A program made the position numbers and the translations under genes. From a virus (Duplodnaviria; Caudoviricetes), in the IMG/VR virus record IMGVR_UViG_3300044712_000786, positions 1 through 64,000 of that record: a stretch of DNA of 64,000 bases; one strand, given 5' to 3'. This document shows, piece by piece, positions 21,001 through 29,384 of this stretch (position 1 is the stretch's first letter; the number at the start of each line of letters is the position of its first letter). A model generated the notes under the pieces. The model worked only from the letters and a program-made list of their open reading frames with translations, was not told the origin of the DNA and did not search any database.

Positions 21001-21919
21001 TAGTGGAACGGGCATTAATAAGGGTTTAGGTAGCTTGACACAAACATTTGATACATCGAATGGAGCCGTAGAAGCCCTGTATATTGAGCCTCCTTCTACT
21101 GGCCCCGGCGATTATAAAAATGTATTTATTGGCTCAGCTAGCAAGCCTGTTTGGACTCTTCAGATGGGAAACGTTAATCAGGGGATAGCTGGATTAAATA
21201 AACTAACCGTTGGTGTTGACGGGTTGGGTCATCCGTTTGACAGATGGAAGGGCGGGGACACCAATCAACAGTCCCAACATGGAGCCGCTTATACTATTAC
21301 TTTAAAACCTTGGATGTTTGGAGCTTACGACCAACCTTATTCCAGCGTTGATGGGTTCTCGGATTATGGGGTTTTGATAGCCTGCCAAACTGGAAATGTT
21401 CCCCAGTTAACCATTAAAGCTCCTACTGGTCAAGCGCTTACTTCTGACTTTACTCAATGGATAACGGGCACGGGGATTTATAGAGAAACTCTGGCAAAGG
21501 TAACCAACGATGGAATCTTCTCTGGTAAAAATTTCTATATCGGGAATACTAGAGTAGCTAGAATAGATGAAATACCAACTTCTACTATTGTTGCTTATTC
21601 TGGGCTACCTACCCCTAACGCTAATCAGACAATTACTATCGATTTTTCGGGGACTCAAAATCAGCTAATATATTTAACTGGCCAATTCACATATACTTTT
21701 ACTGGAAGTAACTATCCAGATAGTGGTAAAATAAGTGATATTTATCTTAATATTTTTTATACCAATAATAACACGGCTCCTACAATCTTTCCTTCTGGTT
21801 GGAAAAATTTAGGTGGTGGCTGGCCTACTGGATTGTATAGTGGAAGAGCAGCAATGCTTTGGGCTAGGGCTATAGATAATACAGGTTTAGTAGTCGGAAC
21901 TTTTAACGCAGAATTATGA
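18038..21919 (+). CDS. Tail fibre protein with internal duplication
   Basis: Fibre motifs DSDKLDGQQGSYY and NLNADMLDSQHSSYY; duplicated ~250-aa module; follows the gpJ-like gene. Confidence 0.7.
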   Translation: MGTRLRIADGGSLEIFSSDNSYRHILSGTAQGFLSIGSNGYGIKLQTTTPGGFEAGQLSFDGNDFYVTTYDGANLNYVKVATGNGVGGGSTINNYYQGVNYLSVTGKQVSGNILLSGRGNVFLTTGSNGTIFISGSGSNSVLVDDGTYVRTTGNQLIQGLKVFTGFYISGTGINKGLSSLTQTFDTANGAVEALYVEPPASVGQPRRVFIGSTNKPAYSLNLVNCQAGIESLSNLVASNSIGHVFDKWKGGDTNQQSQYGAAYTICLKPWMFGDYDQAYSSVDNFDDYGVIIACQTGTKPQLVIKAPTGHNLTADFTQWMTGSGTNKYIVAKVTNDGIFSGKNFYVGTIPVVTGNSTLVRTYGDWQLDGEITFTNKIHADSIIGGSNGALRNGLDAGLPMSVDWMNGKLYEALSSETLRLDWHNRVLTGGIWNAQGLKVSGVSVSTGYAFDSDKLDGQQGSYYLNAGNLNAGTLPNARLSSNSAYYSIDPLIPKSNLPYASLGQATMLQASVVKGLMTNKLQFTPPAFIDYTIDWSTWSPYPTGVTDPVIEDVFLGRFGNGNIKVLSIPNGNWSGLRMVFDAALLGGNQYVYLDVLHMYVSTVGLSINVQVEKSWGMETGVTGWINVASGSFAGWPCHMTLPHTVIPWRANPTTGTHSRYVRLTIGQPAWRTDSYSGQNIEIYNVDWYGTYPNSNYPDSVYYWDFDKNVYFFSGVQGYKWTSTAPIGVAPFTVTSSTLVSNLNADMLDSQHSSYYASTGFGVRNLSVTGKSISGAINLSGAGNISIFTGVNNTIIISGLGSVGGAGTGSQTPWTGNVDGNTKTLTNVSNITAGTITASTSMATPIIYKYSAGSNGNTYINMETAQLYVDLIGTTVDWSGRVLSGDWTASSLFISGKPVTTGGPYYPLSSNPAGYLTTAYGVSYLSVTGRNVSGNIILSGQGGITIYTGINNTILISGSNSSFVSDATYVRTTGIQLIQGIKTFTGFYTSGTGINKGLGSLTQTFDTSNGAVEALYIEPPSTGPGDYKNVFIGSASKPVWTLQMGNVNQGIAGLNKLTVGVDGLGHPFDRWKGGDTNQQSQHGAAYTITLKPWMFGAYDQPYSSVDGFSDYGVLIACQTGNVPQLTIKAPTGQALTSDFTQWITGTGIYRETLAKVTNDGIFSGKNFYIGNTRVARIDEIPTSTIVAYSGLPTPNANQTITIDFSGTQNQLIYLTGQFTYTFTGSNYPDSGKISDIYLNIFYTNNNTAPTIFPSGWKNLGGGWPTGLYSGRAAMLWARAIDNTGLVVGTFNAEL
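18329..21543 (+). repeat. Two diverged copies of a ~750-nt module (about 18329-19078 and 20795-21543)
   Basis: Both copies read YLSVTG..SGN...TYVRTTG.QLIQG...LTQTFDT.NGAVEALY...WKGGDTNQQSQ.GAAYTI.LKPWMFG...GIFSGKNFY. Differences are mostly synonymous. Confidence 0.9.
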
Positions 21920-22758
21920 ATGTAAATAACGCACTATTAGGGGAGCAAATTCATCCAGTAGTCAGGGAGTGGGCGTTTAGAGTCAGCAAAAACGGGGGGG
22001 GTGTTCCATTGAGGCGCACAGTCGTAGCTATTAATAAGTTTTATAAATCCTTAAGACAAACATCTTTTTTTGGCAAAATAAGGGTTGTTAACTGTTTTGC
22101 TACTGATAATTTAGTCTCTTGCCTGACCCCATTAATAAGGGGCAACGGCGCAGAAATCTGGACGAATACTAATTTCATTTCCACAGATATTAATGCGGAC
22201 GGACTTAAAGGGAATACTACTTCTAAATCTTTAGCCACTGGGATTAATCCTTCTACTCTTTTTGCAAGCTTAACTAGCGTAGGAGCAACGATTTATAATA
22301 CGGATGCGGGAGCTTCTTCTGGACATATGTGGGGTTGTGCTGATAGCGGAGCATATACGAATGACTTTGTAGGCACCCATTCTTTGGGAGCTACAGGAGT
22401 CCACTTTGATTCATTCAATACTGGAACGGGACGCATTTTAAAAACGACTGGCGGTTTTTATACTGGGTTTACTTCTTATAGCCGCCTATCGGCTACGGAT
22501 ACTAGGATTTTTTATAGAAAGACGGGTATTAGCGTAACCGAGGCTGGAAGTATAGCTACCAGTGGTGGGACTTGTCCTAATACGAGTAATTTCTATGTAT
22601 TCGCTAGTTATAACGGAAGTGCTGCGGCGTTTTGGACTAGCGCCCGATGTTCATTTATAGCTTGGCACGATGGGTTAACCATAGGAGAAACAACTATCTT
22701 TTGTGAGTTAATCGAAGCAATGAGAAGAGAAATGGGGGGCGGAGCGGTAGCTCCTTAA
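21916..22758 (+). CDS. Putative virion lectin-like (ConA/jelly-roll) protein
   Basis: Beta-rich S/T/G composition; located in the fibre cluster. Confidence 0.35.
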   Translation: MNVNNALLGEQIHPVVREWAFRVSKNGGGVPLRRTVVAINKFYKSLRQTSFFGKIRVVNCFATDNLVSCLTPLIRGNGAEIWTNTNFISTDINADGLKGNTTSKSLATGINPSTLFASLTSVGATIYNTDAGASSGHMWGCADSGAYTNDFVGTHSLGATGVHFDSFNTGTGRILKTTGGFYTGFTSYSRLSATDTRIFYRKTGISVTEAGSIATSGGTCPNTSNFYVFASYNGSAAAFWTSARCSFIAWHDGLTIGETTIFCELIEAMRREMGGGAVAP

Positions 22759-22762
22759 TATT

Positions 22763-23011
22763 ATGCTAATTACAGGATACCTATTGAGTAAACCCGAGTT
22801 TAATAAATTCGAGAATTTTAACGACTCTAAGATAAGCGAGAATAAAAGGATTTCCTGCGTTAATGATGGAAATACTCATATTCTAGAAAAGGATATCGTT
22901 GATGGCTGTTTAGCTGACCCATATTGGGCTAATTGGTCTGGAGCCATCATAGAGCAAAGAGATAGTCATTCCCTTACTGTAATCGATATAAATTTTCAGA
23001 CATTTATCTAA
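22763..23011 (+). CDS. Hypothetical protein
   Basis: 82-aa ORF tiling between neighbouring genes. Confidence 0.5.
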   Translation: MLITGYLLSKPEFNKFENFNDSKISENKRISCVNDGNTHILEKDIVDGCLADPYWANWSGAIIEQRDSHSLTVIDINFQTFI

Positions 23012-23016
23012 AAATT

Positions 23017-23022
23017 GTGTAA
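23017..23022 (+). promoter_or_regulatory. GTGTAA putative late promoter (head operon)
   Basis: 11 nt before the ATG at 23034. Confidence 0.65.
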
Positions 23023-23033
23023 TTTTTGAAAAG

Positions 23034-23372
23034 ATGTCTAATTATTCTCGTAACAATATTGATATATCAAATAAGATAGTCCAATATCTTTATGGAAAAC
23101 ATAGGGAGGGGTTTTTCCCTAGTATTAGCTTTAATAAACTAATAGATATATTTTTAAGCGAGGATACGCTGGAAAAGAGCATGGCGAACGTTTTAGTTTA
23201 CGAGTCTAAAGCTAAACATACCATGACTATTAATATAACTGAGCCCCTAGAAGAAGCTCGGGGGGTTTTAGCTGCATTAGGAATTGAGAATATGCCTACT
23301 TCAGACATCTATTTAGAAAGTCCTAGAAACTCATCTAAAGAACGACTTACTTATATTTTAGGAGATTTATGA
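23034..23372 (+). CDS. Hypothetical protein (head operon)
   Basis: Preceded by a GTGTAA motif; overlaps the next gene by 4 nt. Confidence 0.6.
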   Translation: MSNYSRNNIDISNKIVQYLYGKHREGFFPSISFNKLIDIFLSEDTLEKSMANVLVYESKAKHTMTINITEPLEEARGVLAALGIENMPTSDIYLESPRNSSKERLTYILGDL

Positions 23373-23746
23373 ACGAAGAAAGCAAGAAACTTAGAGAATC
23401 ATTAGCTACTATTACTAAGAGCCTAGAGAAGATAAAGGCTGACATGGGAGACATGGAAGACGGGGATAAGATGGAAGAAATGCGGACTCAAATGATGAAC
23501 GAAATGTATAGCGCATTTAGTTCTATTATGAAATATGTCTATTCTGTAGAAGACCAACTTTGGAGTTATCAATCCCAACATGCCAAAGGCCACTTACCCC
23601 CTATTAAGGGAGCTTCTCAGATGCAAAGCGTTCTAGAAACCCTAGGCATGGATGGTGATTATGAAGTTTATAAGCCAGTAATAAGTGTAGCTAGCACGAA
23701 AAAGGGCACTACATTTACCTTGGATATCGGGGGTAAAGATGAGTAA
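23369..23746 (+). CDS. Hypothetical protein (head operon), Met/Glu-rich helical
   Basis: AGGAG Shine-Dalgarno upstream; overlaps the next gene. Confidence 0.6.
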   Translation: MNEESKKLRESLATITKSLEKIKADMGDMEDGDKMEEMRTQMMNEMYSAFSSIMKYVYSVEDQLWSYQSQHAKGHLPPIKGASQMQSVLETLGMDGDYEVYKPVISVASTKKGTTFTLDIGGKDE

Positions 23747-25211
23747 ATCATCTAAGGAGCTTCTTAAATTATCTTTTTCCTCAGTAGTTAAACCAATAGT
23801 TTCTGCTGAGAAAGATAAGTACTTGTCACTAGCTTCTTTAGAAGATTTGAGAGCCTTTATACCTAAGGTTGACCTAGAGAAGAATATCGACGTAGTTCCC
23901 GTAGCTTTTAATGCATGTGTCGTAAATAGAGCTAATAAGAATGGGGACGCTATTCTAACTGATACGGCTTTAGAAATACTTGGCGGGTTTATTCATAAAC
24001 CTATTAATCTTGAGCACGATAGGAAGAAGGTTATAGGAACAATTGTCAGCGCCTCTTTTTCTGCATTTGGTTCAGACGAACCCCTGACGGAAGAAGAAGT
24101 AAAAGGAACTAAGAAGCCATTTAACATAACTTTGGGTGGTTACATTTGGAGGACAGTTAGCGAAGATGTTGCTGATTTTGTTGAGGAATGTAACGACCCT
24201 TCTTCTAAACATTATCTGCAAGTATCTGCCAGTTGGGAACTTGGGTTTTTTGATTGGGTTATTGCTGAAACTGAACTTGACGAGTCTAACTTGGAAAATG
24301 CCCGATTTATCGAAGATGAGAAAGAGATATCTGAATTAGAGGGTAATTTACGAGCAGCCAAAGGTAATGGGCGTAATAAAGATGGCACTAAGTCAATTTG
24401 TAGGGTAGCCGTTGGCAAGGTAATACCGTTTGGGGTTGGATTTACTGAAAATCCCGCCGCCGATGTAAAAGGGGTAGCTGTCCCTGAAGAATTAGCTCAA
24501 ACCGAAGTAGAAGCTACCGCTAAGGGAGAAAATAAAGAAAATGGGGATAAATTTTCACAAACAGCAGAAACAAATGTAAACAAAGTTAGTTCAATTATGA
24601 AGATAAATGATTTGAAGGATATTACAGACGAGTCTCTTAAGTCAATCGCCGCCTCTGAAATTACTGAGTTTATCTCTAATCAGCTTAAACAGGCTGAAGA
24701 GAAATATCTCCAAGAGCAGAATGCGAGTAAAGAAGCTGCCGAAAAGAGTAAGCTTGAACTTGAAACTCTTAAAGCAGAAAACGAAACTAATAAGACTAAG
24801 CTTAACGAAGTCAATGAAAAGCTAGAGAAATTAGCCTCCGAAGCTAAGGCTAAGGAAGAGCAAGATAAGTTCAGCGCTCGAATGACTGCTTTGAATGACA
24901 AATATAACCTTGATGAAGAGATTAGTAAGGTTCTTGCTAGCGACCTTCAGGGTATGTCTGATGAAGCCTTCGAAAAGTATCAAAAGAATTTAAGTGTTAT
25001 GCTGAAGGGTAAGGAAAAGAAACCCGCTACCTCTACTGCATCCACTACTGCTCCCGCTCCTGAGAACGTGCTCGAAGCTGCGGTAGAAGCTGGTAAGAAA
25101 GAAGTTCCGTCTGTTCCCGCTACCCCTGCCGCTAGCAAGAGTCCTTACGATGAGTATAAGGAAGCTTTTGGCGAAGATGGTTGGGAAATTTCGACAAGAC
25201 GCAAAAAGTAA
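23739..25211 (+). CDS. Prohead maturation protease fused to coiled-coil scaffold
   Basis: KPINLEHDRKKVIGTI (His), SASWELGF (Ser), GVGFTENPAA. E/K-rich coiled coil from about aa 287. Lies upstream of the decoration and capsid genes. Confidence 0.75.
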   Translation: MSKSSKELLKLSFSSVVKPIVSAEKDKYLSLASLEDLRAFIPKVDLEKNIDVVPVAFNACVVNRANKNGDAILTDTALEILGGFIHKPINLEHDRKKVIGTIVSASFSAFGSDEPLTEEEVKGTKKPFNITLGGYIWRTVSEDVADFVEECNDPSSKHYLQVSASWELGFFDWVIAETELDESNLENARFIEDEKEISELEGNLRAAKGNGRNKDGTKSICRVAVGKVIPFGVGFTENPAADVKGVAVPEELAQTEVEATAKGENKENGDKFSQTAETNVNKVSSIMKINDLKDITDESLKSIAASEITEFISNQLKQAEEKYLQEQNASKEAAEKSKLELETLKAENETNKTKLNEVNEKLEKLASEAKAKEEQDKFSARMTALNDKYNLDEEISKVLASDLQGMSDEAFEKYQKNLSVMLKGKEKKPATSTASTTAPAPENVLEAAVEAGKKEVPSVPATPAASKSPYDEYKEAFGEDGWEISTRRKK

Positions 25212-25234
25212 ACAATTTTTTAAGGAGATAAATT

Positions 25235-25783
25235 ATGCCAAATATTCAACCATTTCGTACTTTAAATGAATACGATATCGTTAACTTATACGCTTACTCC
25301 GGTTCTCTTCCTGTAACTAAAGGAACCGTTGTTCGCATCGTAGGTAGCGGTTGGGATACGACTCAGGAAATTCAGGAACTCGGCTCTGTAGGAGCTAGTT
25401 ATTCTAATACTGTGTCCCTTCGCTACGGAGTTGCTTCTAAAGTAGCTCAACATTCCGCCACTGGAACCGCTTGCTTCGGCATTCTTTTGAATGACGTTCG
25501 AGAATTTGATGAAAACGGCGAAAAGCTGATTTTCAATCCTCGTAAAGCTGCGGAAATGCAAGTTGCTGTTTCTGGTCAGGCCGTACCTATCGCTGTCCGT
25601 GGTATGTTCTTATACTCGGGTATCGCTGGTGCTCCTACTCCCGGTGCAACTGCTTATGCTACTGGTGACGGTGGGCTTTCGACAACTGCTTCGGCAACTG
25701 TCCACGCCTCTACAGAAACCGTTGGTAAGTTCCTTGGCGTGAAGAACGCTCAAGGCCATGCCCTTGTTTTCCTTGATTTCTAA
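25235..25783 (+). CDS. Head decoration/cement protein
   Basis: Positioned between scaffold and MCP; GILLNDV...GQAVPIAVRG...VGKFLG beta-tulip-like pattern; strong SD (AAGGAG). Confidence 0.65.
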   Translation: MPNIQPFRTLNEYDIVNLYAYSGSLPVTKGTVVRIVGSGWDTTQEIQELGSVGASYSNTVSLRYGVASKVAQHSATGTACFGILLNDVREFDENGEKLIFNPRKAAEMQVAVSGQAVPIAVRGMFLYSGIAGAPTPGATAYATGDGGLSTTASATVHASTETVGKFLGVKNAQGHALVFLDF

Positions 25784-25807
25784 TTTTAACAAAAAGGAAT
25801 TTTTTAT

Positions 25808-26929
25808 ATGAAGATTAAACTAAAAGCAAATGAAAAGCAGTTAGAGCTTATTAAGGCTATCGGGGGTAAAGACCTCGTTAAGTCCCGCGAAGCTCTTGAA
25901 ATGCTTGCTGGTTTTATTGCTGGTGTTATTAAGAAGGTTATGCTTCAAGCTAGCACTACTGGAGCCATTTTCAGTGACTTAAACTATAACGAAGACGATG
26001 ACCCGTCCATTCCTTTGGACCTGTTCTATGACCAGAATAATACCCAATGGGTAACTGTTTGGTCTCAGAATATGGCGGGTGGTCTTCCTACTAGCCAAGT
26101 TGAAGGCGTTGCGGAAATGAAGGTTAGCACCTATCGTTTGGATAGTGCTGTTTCTTTCGCTAAGAAGTATGCTCGTAAGAGTCGCCTCGACGTAATTAGT
26201 AAGGCTGTTGAGCGCCTTGCACAGGAAATCCTGATTAAGCAAGACCGTAACAACTGGGCTGTTATTCTTCGCGCCCTTGGCGAAGCTACCACTGCTGGTG
26301 CCGACCATATTATTACCTCTACGACTGCTGATGTCCTTCAGGTTGATGACTTTAGCCGTTTGATGACGCTTATTCGCCGCATGAATACCTCGTGGGCGGG
26401 TGGCACTCCCACAGTTCTGGATAGCATCGGTCTTACCGACCTGTATGTTTCCCCCGAAATGAAGGAGCAAATCCGTGGTTGGGCTTATAACCCCATGAAT
26501 ACCCGCGCTCTTGCTGCTGGTACTCCTAGCAACGTTTATGGTCCCGCTGTAGCGCTTCCCGATAACGTTCGCGAAGAAATCTATCGCTCCGCTGGTAGCT
26601 CCGAAATTTTCGGAATTAACATCGTGGACTTGAACGAACTTGGCATTAGCCAGAAGTATAATACGCTGTTTGCTACTTTCGCCCCTGCTGGCGTAGCTCA
26701 TAGCTCAGCTAACTTCGCTACTGCCTCGCACGAAATTCTTGTCGGCTTCGACCTTAGCAAGGAAGCTTTTATTAGCCCAATTGCTCAGAATGCTGATAGT
26801 GGTTCTACCGTTAGCGTTCAGCCTGATGACCAGTGGGTTATTAGGTCCGACAAAGCGGGTTACTATGCTAGTGTTGAGCGTGGTGCCGTTTGTATTGACG
26901 CCACGGCGGTTTGCGGTCTTATTTGCTAA
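25808..26929 (+). CDS. Major capsid protein (HK97 fold)
   Basis: 373 aa with strong codon bias; follows protease and decoration genes; followed by a strong terminator; motifs LDVISKAVERLAQEIL and TDLYVSPE. Confidence 0.8.
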   Translation: MKIKLKANEKQLELIKAIGGKDLVKSREALEMLAGFIAGVIKKVMLQASTTGAIFSDLNYNEDDDPSIPLDLFYDQNNTQWVTVWSQNMAGGLPTSQVEGVAEMKVSTYRLDSAVSFAKKYARKSRLDVISKAVERLAQEILIKQDRNNWAVILRALGEATTAGADHIITSTTADVLQVDDFSRLMTLIRRMNTSWAGGTPTVLDSIGLTDLYVSPEMKEQIRGWAYNPMNTRALAAGTPSNVYGPAVALPDNVREEIYRSAGSSEIFGINIVDLNELGISQKYNTLFATFAPAGVAHSSANFATASHEILVGFDLSKEAFISPIAQNADSGSTVSVQPDDQWVIRSDKAGYYASVERGAVCIDATAVCGLIC

Positions 26930-26939
26930 TTAATTCATT

Positions 26940-26971
26940 AAACCGAACTTTTTTAAGTTCGGTTTATTTTT
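26940..26971 (+). terminator. Intrinsic terminator after MCP
   Basis: AAACCGAACTT-TTTT-AAGTTCGGTTT perfect 11-bp stem followed by ATTTTT. Confidence 0.8.
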
Positions 26972-27010
26972 ACTAGAAAACTTCTTCTATAGTATACATA
27001 ATAGTATAGT

Positions 27011-27892
27011 ATGATTAATTATAAAATTTGGACTCTAGAAGAAGAAAAAGAGCTTGAGAGGCTATTGAACGAAGGATTATCTCATAGTGCAATTGGAATT
27101 AAATTAGATAGAACTCCCGTTTCTTGTAAATCTCATTCCAGCAAGCTGAAAATTAAATGTAAGTATCTAAGCGGCAAGAAGTATACTCAAGATGAAGATT
27201 TTTGGGCAATTCCTAATTTGATTAATTCTTATTGGGCGGGTTTCAGTGCGGCAGATGCGTCAATACAGGTAAGAAATAAAAAAAATTTTACATATAAACT
27301 AGAAATTCAACAATCAGATATGGAGCATTTACAAAAGCTAGCTTCAGATTCTAAATTTATGGGTAAAATCCTCTTATCGAAAAGACCAGAGCGAAATAGT
27401 ACGACCGTAAGAATTTGTGTAAACAGTACTAAATGGGCGGAAGACCTTAAAAACAACTTCAATATCATTCCTAATAAAACCAGAAGACTAGAACCGCCGA
27501 ACGACTTATCTAAGGAAAATCTACTAAGTTGGTTAATTGGTTATATCGATGGAGATGGAACCATTCACTATAATAAGACAACGAATCAAATAAATATCAA
27601 TTTTGTTAGTTCGAGCGAAAATCTGATTAAATTCATTCATTATTTTATTAATTCTAACTTTCCTCAACGATTGATAAATAAAGACAACAATTATTATAAA
27701 AATAAGAAATATAACTGTTGGTACATAAGCCTGAGTGGTATTAAAGTCTGTGTTATTATTGACTACCTCCGCTCCTTCCCAGTCCCTAAATTAGCTCGTA
27801 AGTGGGAAAACCCCCAAGTCCTCTCCTACATTTCCCAAAAAAAGCAAGAATTTCCCCATTTATTTCTTCCCCCTTATCCTAATTTGGTGTAA
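27011..27892 (+). mobile_element. Free-standing two-motif LAGLIDADG homing endonuclease with N-terminal HTH-like domain
   Basis: YWAGFSAADAS and WLIGYIDGDG motifs; N-terminal WTLEEEKEL...HSAIGIKLDRT; composition distinct from flanking structural genes. Confidence 0.85.
27887..27892 (+). promoter_or_regulatory. GTGTAA putative late promoter
   Basis: Doubles as the last codon and stop of the LAGLIDADG ORF. Confidence 0.6.
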
Positions 27893-27917
27893 GTGACTTT
27901 GGAAAAAGGAAAATTAT

Positions 27918-28253
27918 ATGCCTAGAATGAAAAAACTTACTCAGGTTGACGGAAAACAAGAAACCTATCAACCCACTACATTAGACCAGATTTGGGGTGA
28001 CTCAGGTCTTGGACTTTATAAAACATTAGACGCCAGCGATTACCAATCACAGCTTAACGAAATGTCCAAAGCTGACTTACAAGCTCATTCAATTCAAATA
28101 GGGATTATTCCCGTAGACAATAGGGATGTTCTTATTAAGAAACTAATGAAGGAATTCAATCGACATGTAGCTAGTTATCGCCGCCCCGCCGCCCATCAAA
28201 AACCCAAGCTTCCTTCAAAAGAAGCTATGAAAATTTTGTCTGAGGGAAGATAA
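27918..28253 (+). CDS. Hypothetical protein (probably virion/assembly)
   Basis: Preceded by GTGTAA and an AAAGGA SD. Confidence 0.6.
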   Translation: MPRMKKLTQVDGKQETYQPTTLDQIWGDSGLGLYKTLDASDYQSQLNEMSKADLQAHSIQIGIIPVDNRDVLIKKLMKEFNRHVASYRRPAAHQKPKLPSKEAMKILSEGR

Positions 28254-28256
28254 TCG

Positions 28257-28262
28257 GTGTAA
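28257..28262 (+). promoter_or_regulatory. GTGTAA putative late promoter
   Basis: GTGTAATAAAAGTATATG, identical over 18 nt to the site at 40556. Confidence 0.7.
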
Positions 28263-28271
28263 TAAAAGTAT

Positions 28272-28802
28272 ATGGCAAGTCTATTTTCATTTGGACAAGA
28301 TAATGGCGCAAGCGCTGGCAATCCCGCCAAAGGAACTTCTCGAAATTTCGGCGTTACTGGCCTTTATTGGAAGAACGCAGATACTTTTAGTTATACTGAC
28401 TGGACTAGTAATCCCATAACCGCTGGAAACAATAGCTATACCGTTTACTCTTTCGGAGTATTTACGGGCAGCTTTAACCAGATTTCTAACGTTAAGTATG
28501 GAAGAGTAACGGGTTTAATTACTGATACTGGAGTAAGCATTTTCTACAGTGGCACAACTGGATATGCTACGCCAGCTACAACGACTTTGAACGGCATTAA
28601 CGTGACCATTCCTAGCGGACTAGCGGCAAGCTCCCAGACCCTTACCTTGGGTCAAGCTGGACCCGAACAAGCTGGTGCTGCAACGCTAAGCACTACTGGA
28701 TATACCTGTTATACTGTAACGCAAATTAGGACAACCGCTGGCGCTCAAGCTGGTAACCTCGCTAATTATCTACAGTTTTCTATTCAGTACGATGAGAGTT
28801 AG
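28272..28802 (+). CDS. Putative virion structural protein (beta-rich)
   Basis: T/G/S-rich; preceded by GTGTAA; followed by a terminator. Confidence 0.55.
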   Translation: MASLFSFGQDNGASAGNPAKGTSRNFGVTGLYWKNADTFSYTDWTSNPITAGNNSYTVYSFGVFTGSFNQISNVKYGRVTGLITDTGVSIFYSGTTGYATPATTTLNGINVTIPSGLAASSQTLTLGQAGPEQAGAATLSTTGYTCYTVTQIRTTAGAQAGNLANYLQFSIQYDES

Positions 28803-28830
28803 TAATTACTAATCAATAGTTTATGTGACT

Positions 28831-28864
28831 TCCCCATAATTTTTTAATTGTGGGGATTTCTTTT
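28831..28864 (+). terminator. Intrinsic terminator
   Basis: TCCCCATAATT-TTTT-AATTGTGGGGA 11-bp stem (one G-U) followed by TTTCTTTT. Confidence 0.75.
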
Positions 28865-28892
28865 GGAAATTTTTTCAACTATCCGCTATAAT
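28863..28892 (+). promoter_or_regulatory. Possible sigma70-type promoter for a leaderless gene
   Basis: TTGGAA-18 nt-TATAAT, ending 5 nt before the ATG at 28898. Confidence 0.4.
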
Positions 28893-28897
28893 AAATT

Positions 28898-29287
28898 ATG
28901 ACCTATTTCTTTAAATGTCTTCTTAATACGGGCGAATTTATTACTCAAGGCCCCGAAGACCTGAGTAAAACCGACCCCACTCGCAATGCTTTTTATGATG
29001 TATTACAGAATCTAGACAAGGTTCGAGCCTTTGCTCTTTACTCTGAAGATGGTAAAAACGAATGGTTAGTAGATTTGGAAGATGGGCATTTCGAGCACAA
29101 CATGGAAAAGTTCTCTCTTTGTGATGAAGAGGTTACTAACCGCCGACTAATCTATTTTAAGAGAAATACATTAAACTTCGCAATTGGAAGCCCAGTCCCC
29201 ACAGATAAGAAAACTAAGTATTATTTTGGCTTTCAATGCAATACTTCTTCGGGCGAAAATCGAAAATTCATTCTTTCGGTCTCCTAA
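28898..29287 (+). CDS. Hypothetical protein (moron-like insert)
   Basis: 129-aa ORF between a terminator and the next GTGTAA motif. Confidence 0.6.
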   Translation: MTYFFKCLLNTGEFITQGPEDLSKTDPTRNAFYDVLQNLDKVRAFALYSEDGKNEWLVDLEDGHFEHNMEKFSLCDEEVTNRRLIYFKRNTLNFAIGSPVPTDKKTKYYFGFQCNTSSGENRKFILSVS

Positions 29288-29291
29288 TTTA

Positions 29292-29297
29292 GTGTAA
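29292..29297 (+). promoter_or_regulatory. GTGTAA putative late promoter
   Basis: Intergenic, at the head of the structured leader. Confidence 0.6.
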
Positions 29298-29298
29298 A

Positions 29299-29367
29299 TA
29301 TTGGAGAGTAATCCAATACTTAGCGCTAATACAAGAAGCCAGAGTATCATTACTCTGGTTTTTTTTT
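29299..29367 (+). promoter_or_regulatory. Structured leader: hairpin plus intrinsic terminator with alternative pairing (candidate attenuator or small RNA)
   Basis: TATTGGA-GAGTAA-TCCAATA hairpin, then an AAGCCAGAGTA-TCAT-TACTCTGGTTT stem and T9 tract. AGAGTAAT (29305-29312) is complementary to ATTACTCT (29349-29356). Confidence 0.55.
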
Positions 29368-29384
29368 ATTTATAGGAGACAAAT

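Noticed and set aside
18329-21543. Duplicated fibre module as a DGR template/variable repeat pair
   Set aside because: Differences are mostly synonymous and not adenine-specific, both copies are in frame in one gene, and there is no reverse transcriptase in the window.
25979-26701. 240-aa antisense ORF within MCP
   Set aside because: Shadow ORF expected from strong codon bias; no start signals and not protein-like.
26969-27002. Sigma70 promoter for the homing endonuclease
   Set aside because: AT-rich with only partial -35/-10 matches (TTTACT...TATACA); not distinguishable from background.
29299-29367. Known riboswitch class (preQ1, fluoride, SAM)
   Set aside because: I could not match the consensus of any class; kept only as an unclassified candidate.
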